Translations under genes and position numbers: made by a program
Shown here: one piece after another, positions 1-9,254 of the stretch
Layout: each line of letters starts with the position of its first letter
Position numbering within the stretch: the first letter of the stretch is position 1
The notes under the pieces: model-generated
Seen by the model: the letters and a program-made list of their open reading frames with translations, nothing else
Told to the model about the DNA's origin: nothing
Databases searched by the model: none
DNA from: Stramenopiles sp. TOSAG23-6
Taxonomy: Eukaryota
DNA: 34,852 nucleotides
Direction: 5' to 3'
NCBI GenBank assembly: GCA_900128565.1
Contig: LT635949.1
Coordinates: forward strand, 1-34,852

Positions 1-2948
1 TTAATGATTTTTCAAGTCCGAATACTCGCATTGCTCTTAAAAATGATGAATTGCTGTATAAGACTGCATATTATTGCCCAGAAGGCACTGGTGTTTTTGG
101 ACCCCTAAAATGTCCAAAAGGAACATTTTGCCCAGATTCCAAAACGCAAGTATCGTGCCCTTTGTTGCCAGATGGATCAACACTTTTTTGCAATGATGGA
201 TCATTCACCAAATCTCCATGTCCTGCAAATTTTGCATGTCAAACACCTTCACTGATTACTGAATGCACTAGTCTTGAGTTTTGTAGCGAAGGTACACTAA
301 CTCCATCTGAATGTCCCGGCAACTTAGCCTTGGCAACTGGTTCTCACGATCGATGTGAATGTCCATCAACTTTCTTTGGATACTTGAAAGTAGGGACCAC
401 AGGAGTTGTAACACAGCAACAGTGTGAAAATACTACAGTTGTAAATGAAGTAGTAACCCAATCATATATTACTTCAGCAATTTCACGTCATTCCTTATCC
501 TCTGCTGTTGATGTTAAAGTTGAAATGCTTCAAGGTTTAGAAACATTTGCCATTCAGTGTACAAAGTGCCCAAAAGGAACAATGTGCAAATGCAATAGTT
601 TTGAATCTTCTTGTAGCTCTGTTGGACATTGTTCAGGTGGTTTGGCTCTCTTTACAGATGATCCAGCACGTGAAGTACATTTAGAGCCTGGATATTGGCA
701 AATCAGAGAGTACTTTAAGGATAAACCAGAAAACTTTTCACCATATTATTGTGGAGACTACGTACCTCCAAAATATGCTACTGCTTTATGCCTTGGGGGA
801 GTGGATAGGCCCCATCCAAACCCAAATGGAAGAAATTGTCGTGAGGGGCATACTGGCCCGCTATGTGCTTTATGCTGTTCCCAAAAGAAATATGATTTAT
901 GTTTAGCCAAGTGTAAAGATACTGACAATGTCTGCAAAGATTCGTGTACAGAAAAGTGGAAGAATGGATGTAAATTAGGTGCAGAGTGGGCATTGTCTGG
1001 TTTCACTTGCAATAACTGCACAGATAGTGGAGACAATTCAAATACACCCAATATACTTTTTATTGTTTTATGTATACTTCTTTACATTGTATTTATCTTA
1101 TTGATGACATTGAAGGCAAATCCTGTAGTTTATGACGATGTCTTAGCAGAAAAGAGAAAGAAAGCTAGAAGAAGATTGAAGAAGTTATCAAAAATGATTA
1201 CTCTATTTGAGGCAGGCACATCAGTGACAAAAGTAATCCCCATTGGATCATCGAAAGAACGACACACTCATGATTTAAATATATTTAAGAAGCAAAGCTT
1301 TCTTCACAATAAAATTCACAAGATGGCGGATACAAACAAGGGGCGTAAAAAATTAATGACAGTTTTGCACAAGAAAACCAAACCCAAAACTCAAGTGTCA
1401 ATTGAAGAAAAGTTGAAACGTCGAAAACGACGACACATTCATGAGGGACAAATGTCAAAAACCGACAAGGCACAGAAGTGGGGAGAATTGCAGTCCACAG
1501 TAAAGCTCATCATTAGCTTTCTACAAGTGACATCCCAATTGAAGTATACTTCAGGTGAACCACAGCCTGAAGATTTTGAAAACTTCTCTGAATCACTTGA
1601 CATTGTAAATTTAGATTTCACACAAATTGCCCCAGACCTAGGTCCATGCAGTTTTGCTTCCAATTTTGAGTACAAGTTCTACACCCATATCATACTCCTT
1701 CCATTATGTTTACTACTTATTGGAATAGCCTTGGCAAATGCTATTTGTATAAAGAACTTCTGCCACTTTAAATTAAAGTTTACAAAAAGTAGCGCAAGGA
1801 TGCATGCTCGAAACTTAATGAGCAATATATTATTTGTGATGTATCCGGGTCTTTGTATGAAGTGCTTCAATGTTTTCAATTGTCTTGAAATTAATGGAAT
1901 TAGATATCTATATGCGGATCTTAGTATTGAATGTTCTGGAGACCAATACGAAATGATGGCAATAACTGCTAAAATTGGAATAGCTTTTTATGTAGTTGGT
2001 ATACCAGCTTCATCGTGCATCTTTTTTTATCATATAAGAGACTGGCTTGTGGCACAAGAAGATATGGATGACGACATGTATACTGCTATCTCAACAAATG
2101 ACGAAATCAACAGAACACACTTTAAATATTTGGAGCAGTATGGAAATTTGTATTTGAATTATCGTCATGGTGTATGGTGGTATGAGTTTGTTGAAATGAT
2201 CCGAAAAGCTGCTATGACAGGATTTTTAACAATCTGGCCGGCTGGCGTGTATCGTAATTGTGTATCTGTAGCAACATCATTTTTCTTCTTCATGTTTTGC
2301 TTAATTGTGAAACCATTTCGACGAAATGGCGATTTTAGTCTTCAGTCACTTTTACTTTTTCTCACAATGGGTGTATTTTTCTCAAATTTGTTGATTTCTA
2401 GTGGCATGTTGACAAGTGATTCTTCTGGTCTGAATGAGGTACTGGTAGGATCCCACTGTTGTGGTTTACTATATGGTGGAATTGTTGTGTTTACAATGAT
2501 TCCACCTGTGAGGAAAAAGCTTGAGGGCTTTCACCATAGAAAACTGCGAAGAAAAGTGGCTGTTGCACGGCAAGTGTTAGGGGATTCCTCAAATCAAAGT
2601 TTAGAAAATAACAAAATTACATACGAAAATAATTTGCAGTCAGTTGCACCATCAAAATTTGCCATTGAGGAAGATTCTGTCGATGAAAATAAGTATTCCT
2701 ATGAGCCTTCAGATGAGGAAGATTCTTCAGATGAGAAAGAAATTGTTAGAGAAGATTTACCTGACTCTGTCAATGTACAGCAACTTATGGATACATTTGA
2801 TCAAGACTTACAAGGTATTACAGAAGAGTTACCTAATTCTGAAGAAAACATATCTGATTCTGTAAATTCTGAAGAAGAAATATCTGATTCTGTAAATGAT
2901 TTACCTCTTGTTGCAGAAGATTTTTCTGAGGATGAAACATATTTGTAA
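1..2948 (+). CDS. Large multi-pass membrane protein with a Cys-rich ectodomain (5'-truncated by the window edge)
   Basis: The frame is open from position 3 (NDFSSPNTRIAL...) to TAA at 2948. It has CPxGxYCP-like Cys repeats (YCPEG, FCPDS, FCNDGS, FCSEGT) and CREGHTGPLCALC. About 8 hydrophobic segments carry motifs common in protist multi-TM proteins (KLIISFLQV, YPGLC..FNC, YGNLYLNY..WWYEFVEMIRK), followed by an acidic tail. Confidence 0.8.
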   Translation, partial: NDFSSPNTRIALKNDELLYKTAYYCPEGTGVFGPLKCPKGTFCPDSKTQVSCPLLPDGSTLFCNDGSFTKSPCPANFACQTPSLITECTSLEFCSEGTLTPSECPGNLALATGSHDRCECPSTFFGYLKVGTTGVVTQQQCENTTVVNEVVTQSYITSAISRHSLSSAVDVKVEMLQGLETFAIQCTKCPKGTMCKCNSFESSCSSVGHCSGGLALFTDDPAREVHLEPGYWQIREYFKDKPENFSPYYCGDYVPPKYATALCLGGVDRPHPNPNGRNCREGHTGPLCALCCSQKKYDLCLAKCKDTDNVCKDSCTEKWKNGCKLGAEWALSGFTCNNCTDSGDNSNTPNILFIVLCILLYIVFILLMTLKANPVVYDDVLAEKRKKARRRLKKLSKMITLFEAGTSVTKVIPIGSSKERHTHDLNIFKKQSFLHNKIHKMADTNKGRKKLMTVLHKKTKPKTQVSIEEKLKRRKRRHIHEGQMSKTDKAQKWGELQSTVKLIISFLQVTSQLKYTSGEPQPEDFENFSESLDIVNLDFTQIAPDLGPCSFASNFEYKFYTHIILLPLCLLLIGIALANAICIKNFCHFKLKFTKSSARMHARNLMSNILFVMYPGLCMKCFNVFNCLEINGIRYLYADLSIECSGDQYEMMAITAKIGIAFYVVGIPASSCIFFYHIRDWLVAQEDMDDDMYTAISTNDEINRTHFKYLEQYGNLYLNYRHGVWWYEFVEMIRKAAMTGFLTIWPAGVYRNCVSVATSFFFFMFCLIVKPFRRNGDFSLQSLLLFLTMGVFFSNLLISSGMLTSDSSGLNEVLVGSHCCGLLYGGIVVFTMIPPVRKKLEGFHHRKLRRKVAVARQVLGDSSNQSLENNKITYENNLQSVAPSKFAIEEDSVDENKYSYEPSDEEDSSDEKEIVREDLPDSVNVQQLMDTFDQDLQGITEELPNSEENISDSVNSEEEISDSVNDLPLVAEDFSEDETYL

Positions 2949-3067
2949 CAAAAAAATGCTATGGAATGTCACAATGCGCACAACACTATTTGTAAAGCAA
3001 AATGATAAGAGATGAAATCATTAAATCTCCAAAGATTTAGTACAATAAATTAAATAAAAAGTATTTG

Positions 3068-3122
3068 ATATACATCAGTAACAATGACTCAATTTTATAT
3101 ACATCAGTAACAATGACTCAAT
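3068..3122. repeat. 26-nt direct duplication (period 29) in a convergent intergenic region
   Basis: ATATACATCAGTAACAATGACTCAAT occurs at 3068-3093 and 3097-3122. Confidence 0.9.
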
Positions 3123-3195
3123 ATAAAATGCATCAAAAAAAAACCATCTCTTAAAAATACTAGAATCCACATACAACATTGTCATCTACACAAAA

Positions 3196-5392
3196 TCATG
3201 CTCTCCCTGGACATTGAAACCCGTCGGGTCCACAAGCAACATTGTCATCTACACGGTATGTAAATCCTGGGTTTTCAACAGGCCAGACATGACTTCCACC
3301 AGCTGGCATTTTTGGAGCATCAACACATTCAGTACATTTCTTTTCTGGGTCTAAAGTTACTTTTACTCTTGCTTGATGATTACAACAAATACCTAAAACA
3401 TTCCATGTTGATGTCATTTTTTCTGGTTGAGAGTTAAAATCACCATCAATTGCATTTGTTACAATTTCCAACTCAACTTTTTCACCATTTCGAAGTTTTT
3501 CTTTTACATGATCCGGTAAAGCAATTTTTTGCTGAAACTGTTGCCATGCCCAGTGACTTCCCATGCCGGATTGAGGATTTGATCTCATAGCACAATTAGC
3601 AGAGTCTGGATTTTTGGCACGATCATTTGGTCTTTGAATAACCAATTCTCTCTTACTTCTTGGTATTCCGATGGGTCCACTAAATAACTCAGCAGCTTGA
3701 TAAGAATCACCTCCATCAATAGATACTTCAACACGACATATCCCACGACCACCTCCAGACCAAGCTACACCCTCTACAGTTACACTATCCATTTGACCAG
3801 ATAAAGTAGCTCTATCAGGAGGTTCTGAAATGACAGACTGGACAGGTAAAGTTTGAATTACAGGACCTTGATCGAGTCGAAGTTTATCTTCTCCTTCACG
3901 TATGTGACCTTTAAATGTTACATCTGGTGCAAAATGACGATCAAGTTTTGATCCAGAGTCCAACTCTGACGGAGCTTCAGTCAAAATAATTCTAGAAACC
4001 CACTTCACATTACGACAACCAGCATGTCCTGGAGCTAAGAGACGAATAGGGTATCCATGATCACGTGGTAGAGTTTCATCATTCATCTCATACGCAAAAA
4101 TTGTGGAAAAATATTTAAAAAAATAAAAATCGTTAGGTAAAAAATTTTCTTTGTAAAAACTTTGAAATTTTTTAAGTGGACAACATACAAGAATTGCATC
4201 ACCAAATGGATTTACTACTTTTTCAATAGGTATTACTCCAGCATACGGTGTCCCAGTCTCATCCTGGTCTTCTCCAATAAAATTTACTATTTTCACTTTA
4301 GAATGAGAAACGTTTCCTAAAGCCATATATTGTGAAAAAATATGTCGTACGTTTGAAATTTGTTAGGTACGAAAATTGGTACAAAAGAAAATAAATTTGA
4401 AATTAAGTGATAAAAACATACATACCATCTACATCTAAACCTGCAACACGAAATATATCTCGAACTTTTACACCCACCCATTTTGCACAACCAATTGCAC
4501 CACCGCGCCAATGAGGTGCGACATATAAAGGGCGATCAGGGGTGACATAATCTTCTTGTCGATTTCCAGCGCATTGTAAAGCAGATACGACTTCATGTCT
4601 GGGAAATTTAGTCTTGAGATCTGCAAGAGTTAGTTTTAATTCTTTCGTTCCTGCATCTTCATTTGCTTCAATCTCTAAAACATAATCTTCAATATCAACG
4701 CTGGGTACAGGATTATGATTACGTACAAAAAATAAGTCATTTGGAGTTAAAAAATCATTCACCAAAGCTCTAAGTGGCGGTTCCATATTCCAAGGTTTCG
4801 TTGATGGTATGCGCATTTCTGTTGCTTTTGGCCTTTCTGGATCATCCTTGTATGCATCTTCAAATTGAGACTCATTTTTGACAATGATGGCATCTTCAGG
4901 GGATAAACTACCAATCCTATAGTCTTCGAGTAACTCACGAATGTGAGGTCGGTCATGGATTTCGTGATATACCCGCCAAAAGGCATGCAAATCTTGACCA
5001 GAAACCATCATGATACGCATAGCACCACCAGGATGAGCATCCATAAAGTTAGTGACATCATAAACACCACCATTGAGACTGACCCAAACGCGACCTTCAG
5101 GTGCGTTGCGAAACTCGTCCAAGGAGAAGATTCGGTTCAATGTACCTTCTGGAGGAGCTCCACCCGAGCCAAAGGTTCCTGCAACAGGGGCATCATCACT
5201 AAAAGTATTTTGGTTGCTCACAACTGCTGCCGCGAAAGCAGCTGATCCTGCTGCTAATCCATATATACCAAATTTACGGAAATTTGACCTAGGAGGAGAC
5301 ACAATATAACTTAAAGAACGACTTCTCGGTAAAGATAATCTAGACCTTGATGCTGAAAGGTGTAGTCTGTATCCACTATGTCGTAACAACAT
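3196..5392 (-). CDS. Sulfite-oxidase-family molybdoenzyme with an N-terminal cytochrome b5 domain; 3 exons (5392-4422, 4324-4189, 4095-3196; about 668 aa)
   Basis: It has an Arg/Ser-rich mitochondrial-type presequence plus a hydrophobic stretch, and a b5 domain (GVYDVTNFMDAHPGG). The Moco domain shows FFVRNH, LQCAGNR, AYEMNDETLPRDHGYPIRL and RNVKW. The dimerisation domain shows GVAWSGGGRGICRVEVSIDGG. The two ORFs join in frame after removal of two related AT-rich inserts. Confidence 0.9.
4096..4188 (-). other. Non-canonical intron, GT...TT, 93 nt (family member 2)
   Basis: It starts GTATGTTG, contains TACCTAAC and ends ATATTTTTCCACAATTTTT. Removal restores the conserved GDAIL|AYEMN motif. 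Confidence 0.8.
4325..4421 (-). other. Non-canonical intron, GT...AT, 97 nt (family member 1)
   Basis: It starts GTATGTTT, contains TACCTAAC and ends ATATTTTTTCACAATATAT. It contains an in-frame stop, so it must be removed. Joining AT|G gives DGMALGNV. A GT-AG alternative (4425-4317) is also in frame. Confidence 0.65.
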
Positions 5393-5758
5393 TGATGATT
5401 TTTAATGATATTGTAGAGGTCTACACGAGGTTTTGACTAAATTATATACAGGATACAATGTTACAAAATGAATCGATTTTGAAAAGACACCAAAAATTTT
5501 TATGATTGTCGTCAGGTCAGGTAGATTTATTTATTTTTGTGGTGATCTCTTGAAGAAGACGACCGAAGTGTTTCAAGTTTGAATTCAAAAAAAGAAAGTT
5601 CCTGAAATTTTTGGTACGGAATATTGCTATGAAAAAATTAGCTCGCTCTCCATTTATTCATTGTTGGTGCCAGGACAATTTTCAAAAGAAGGAGTAAAGA
5701 AAATATTTGTTTTTTTACCGGTGTGTGAATTTCTCACAAAAGGAAAGTTCTTGTGGAA

Positions 5759-6437
5759 ATGAAAAATCGTGCAAAATTAGGAGTAGCATTATTATGTGCA
5801 TTAGTTGGATTTTTGATTTCCATAGTGGGCTGTATAGTTCCCTGGTCAAGAACGAGTTCAACCGTTGGAGGTTGTCGTTTCACAGGAGAATATGGTGTTT
5901 TGCAAATGTGTCTCGATGTGGAGTGTCCCGCAATAAAACAATATCGTTCTTGCGAGTCTACGACGAATGCACTAAAAGATTGGAGTGGTGAAGGGAAAAC
6001 TGCTTTTTCAAGAACAACATATGGCGCTCTCGCTTTATCTATAGTACGTCAAAATCCTTATCTCCCACCCTAACCCTAATCTCCCATACATTTCAACCAT
6101 ACCTAAAAAAAAATGATAACAATATAAAAGTCTTTCTATACACTAACAAAATTACAAATGCTTCCATTTACAATAACTAAAACAGCTTACCGTCACATTA
6201 TCAAGTATATGTATTGTACTAAATGTATTTTCACTGAGTTGCTCACCTGGACCTTGCTGGAAATGTGTTCACAGTTTTCTTGGTATACTCGGTGCGATAA
6301 CAGCAGGAACAGCTGTTATTCTTGCAAACGAATCCAATATTCTCCTTGTATTTTCTACATCTAACTCCAACCCTAATATTGTATCATATCTATTTGTATT
6401 CATTTTTGTTATTATTGATATATTGTCGACATTGTAG
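5759..6437 (+). CDS. Small four-TM membrane protein with claudin/PMP22-like topology; exons 5759-6043 and 6186-6437 (about 178 aa)
   Basis: TM1 is followed by PW...YGVLQMC...C...C, resembling the W-GLW-C-C loop. Splicing GTACGT...AACAG continues in frame (ALALSI|LTVTLSSICIVLNVF...) through further hydrophobic helices to TAG at 6437. Confidence 0.65.
6044..6185 (+). other. Canonical GT-AG spliceosomal intron, 142 nt
   Basis: GTACGT donor, CACTAAC and AACTAA branch-like motifs, and a CAG acceptor. It contains an in-frame stop, and removal restores the frame. It is A/C-rich and unrelated in sequence to the other four introns. Confidence 0.75.
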
Positions 6438-6659
6438 AATAAACACTACACCTTTAAAGGAATTCACGTAACAACATTTAGTCCGTACATTAGTTTTTAT
6501 TCTATGTGTTGTGTTTCTTTTCTTTTAACGTGTAGTGGTTTGCTAACATGGCATGCCAATTTAAGAAAAAATAATCCAGAATATATTCCAGCTTTTCAAT
6601 ATGCACAGTTTCAGCCTTAAGTGGAGTAGAAAATGAAACTGAATAATGAGAGAAAGATG

Positions 6660-6714
6660 AAAAAAACCTAAGTTTCTTTAGGCACAAAATTTCGTATGAA
6701 AAAAATAAATTTGA
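6660..6714 (-). mobile_element. Degenerate intergenic copy of the internal part of the non-canonical intron family
   Basis: The minus strand reads TCAAATTTATTTTTTTCATACGAAATTTTGTGCCTAAAGAAACTTAGGTTTTTTT. It aligns by eye with the ThrRS intron core TCGAATTTATTTTTCGTACGCAATTTTGTACCTAACAAATGTTAGGTTTTTTT at 45 of 53 positions plus a 2-nt gap. Confidence 0.6.
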
Positions 6715-7005
6715 TGAGTGTACAGTTGAAGAAAATATTTTTACCAAACCTTCATCAATTTTCAGTGGAAGAATCTCCTATATAATAAAAAAAATAATAT
6801 TTGTGTAAAGTTCTTTTTGTTTTACCTTTATTATAATCACAACATCTTATTACTTTATATGAACAAATTTTACGTTTTGTTGTGCTTTCCGGTACAAAAA
6901 AATGTGTTTTTCATAATTTTCTAATAATTAGAAGTATAAAGTAGCAATATCGTCTTGCATGAACTATCACTCTTGTGAATAATAAATTTATAAATTTGTC
7001 ATACA

Positions 7006-7557
7006 TTATTCATAAATACCTACAATTTCAACAGAACCATCTGCATTCACACGGGTTTTCTTAATCCGTTTCAACTGCTTTTTACTCATTTTCTTAATTT
7101 TTTCAACGTTTGTTATAGTTTGATAAGAACTATTTTTAAGCTCGTTTAGTTTTCGCCGTTTCTCTTGTTCCGCTCTTCTTTCTCTCTCTGCGACACGTTT
7201 TAACCTTTTTTTCTCTTTGATTTCATTTTCTAAAGTTTTCATTTGTTTCCTCAGTTTGTTTGCTGCTTGTTTCTTTTCCCATAAAGCTTTACTATTTGCT
7301 ACTTTTTTCCTACCTGCGGCAGAAGATCGACGTGGTTGCTTCCGTTTCCAATGACGATCACTGACACACTTACCAATAGTTTTATTAGTGGATACATCAA
7401 TCGCAGCAACAGATTGAACTGCGTATGGTCTTGGTAATACTTTACCTGTACTTGCTTTAACATCACATAGTGTTCCATCAGGAAATTTTCTCTCTCGATA
7501 TGTAGGTGTCTTGGTAACTTTGGCAGTCACGTTATCCTTTGAAGTCACTGGAGCCAT
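7006..7557 (-). CDS. CCDC86: CCDC86/Cgr1-family nucleolar coiled-coil protein
   Basis: GKCVSDRHWK resembles GKPKSGRxWK. It is followed by WEKK, a basic coiled coil ending RRKLNELK, and QTITNVEKIKKMSKKQLKRIKK. Confidence 0.75.
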   Translation of the reverse strand: MAPVTSKDNVTAKVTKTPTYRERKFPDGTLCDVKASTGKVLPRPYAVQSVAAIDVSTNKTIGKCVSDRHWKRKQPRRSSAAGRKKVANSKALWEKKQAANKLRKQMKTLENEIKEKKRLKRVAERERRAEQEKRRKLNELKNSSYQTITNVEKIKKMSKKQLKRIKKTRVNADGSVEIVGIYE

Positions 7558-7944
7558 GATGTTATGAATTGTATTTTAACTGAAGAATGTATTTAAGTAT
7601 CTCTCTACTATAATATACTTTTGGAGTGGGTCGTAATGTCACAATAACTTCTTGGTGGCGGGGAATCCCAATACTTTCTTGCAGGAATAGTACTTTTCAA
7701 GATGTAGAGTGTGTGTGACTGTTCTTAATTAAACTGGATAGATTTTGAATGTTACCGGGTACGCAAAATGTAACGTCCTGAAATCTGACTACCTCTTTAT
7801 CTATCTATATCTCGTTCCAAACATTTATGTGGTTGGTATAACACAGAAAGTAGTTTGCACCAACGTAATAATGTACTATTTCACCAACATTACCAAATAA
7901 TAGACACAATACAATTGTTCTATATAGACAAACAAAATCATATT

Positions 7945-9048
7945 ATGACATCAAGGTACCTTCCACCAGACATAACTCACTCGACAACAACAAAAAACTT
8001 TCAAAAAAATCATTTTCGTTTATTAGAGGTTTTGGAGGCTACTGTACTAGAAAATGAGGCATTGAAGACTGAAATCTACAATATACACACTAGAGCCATT
8101 GAGACTATTAAAGAGGAGAATAAAAAACAGAAACTTTACAATATTGATAAACAAATCCTTTTGGAAAAACATAATACCTCATTGTCAAAGGAGATAAATG
8201 AGAAAGGCGACTTACAGCAGAAACTAGACATACTTAAAGAAAACCTAAGAATGCATGAAACAAAATTCTTTACTAAGCAAAATGAATGGCATGCAAACAC
8301 AAAGACACTTAGTGACGAAATTTCTGATTTGCGAAAAAAGCTTTGTAATAAAGATAAAAACATTGAAAAGTTATTAGAAAAAGTGAAAAAAGATAAAAAA
8401 AAACACAAGGAAAAAAATTGTTTATTATGTGAAAAAAAATCACAAAAGTTTCTTCTTCTAAAAGAAAGCAATGCCACATTAGAATTAGAGATGTCTAACT
8501 TATTGGTTCAATATAATAGTGTTGTAGACATAAAAAATGAGTTAGACTTTGAGTTAAAAGAAACATTAGAAAAGTTTAAAAAAACTGAAAAGGAATTGAA
8601 AATATTACAGATAGAAAAACAAAAATTTGAAAAAGAAGTAAAAAGATTACGCTTAGAAAAACAAAATTGTACATCAAATTCAGAATCTTCAAAAAACAAT
8701 GCTACATTGTCTAGTATCCCACCTCCACCAAAATTTCAAAAACATAATAACTATAAAGGAACAATTACAGGTGCTAGAATAAAAGAAAGTCAAATTCTTG
8801 GGGAATTAGCCTCTTTAAAGAATGAAAATTTCCACTTGAAACAGAAAAAAGGATATTTTGGAATACGCCATTTACGTGAAACAAAAATGACGATGAATCC
8901 ATTTGCGGAACAGGAATCAATGTATACATCTAAAATATCACTAAATAGTATGACAACTAAGTCTAAGAGAAAACATGAACGCTATAGCGATAAAAATGTT
9001 ACAAACATTGTAGGGAGTAAAATACTAGACGAATTACTACAACGATGA
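7945..9048 (+). CDS. Lys/Glu-rich coiled-coil protein, function unknown
   Basis: Long heptad-rich ORF. The first in-frame ATG is at 7945 (MTSRYLPPD); the ORF track starts at an upstream TTG. Confidence 0.7.
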   Translation: MTSRYLPPDITHSTTTKNFQKNHFRLLEVLEATVLENEALKTEIYNIHTRAIETIKEENKKQKLYNIDKQILLEKHNTSLSKEINEKGDLQQKLDILKENLRMHETKFFTKQNEWHANTKTLSDEISDLRKKLCNKDKNIEKLLEKVKKDKKKHKEKNCLLCEKKSQKFLLLKESNATLELEMSNLLVQYNSVVDIKNELDFELKETLEKFKKTEKELKILQIEKQKFEKEVKRLRLEKQNCTSNSESSKNNATLSSIPPPPKFQKHNNYKGTITGARIKESQILGELASLKNENFHLKQKKGYFGIRHLRETKMTMNPFAEQESMYTSKISLNSMTTKSKRKHERYSDKNVTNIVGSKILDELLQR

Positions 9049-9254
9049 TTTAGATGTGTGAAAATTTTATATGAGAAAAAACATCCAAGTAAGCAAATAA
9101 TTGAAAACCAATTTATTACATTTCATCATAGCGTTTTTGAAAGTAATAAAACATAAATTAAATTGTAGTTTTTAATTTGGTACATTGACAAGCATCATGA
9201 ATAAAATAAAAGAATTGGTATATGGTCATTTATGCAATTACTTTACACACTGAT

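Noticed and set aside
6158-6747. ORF-track entries 6158-6364 (+) and 6502-6747 (-)
   Set aside because: The first is the wrong frame of exon 2 of the four-TM gene. The second is an AT-rich, non-ATG frame over the repeat relic.
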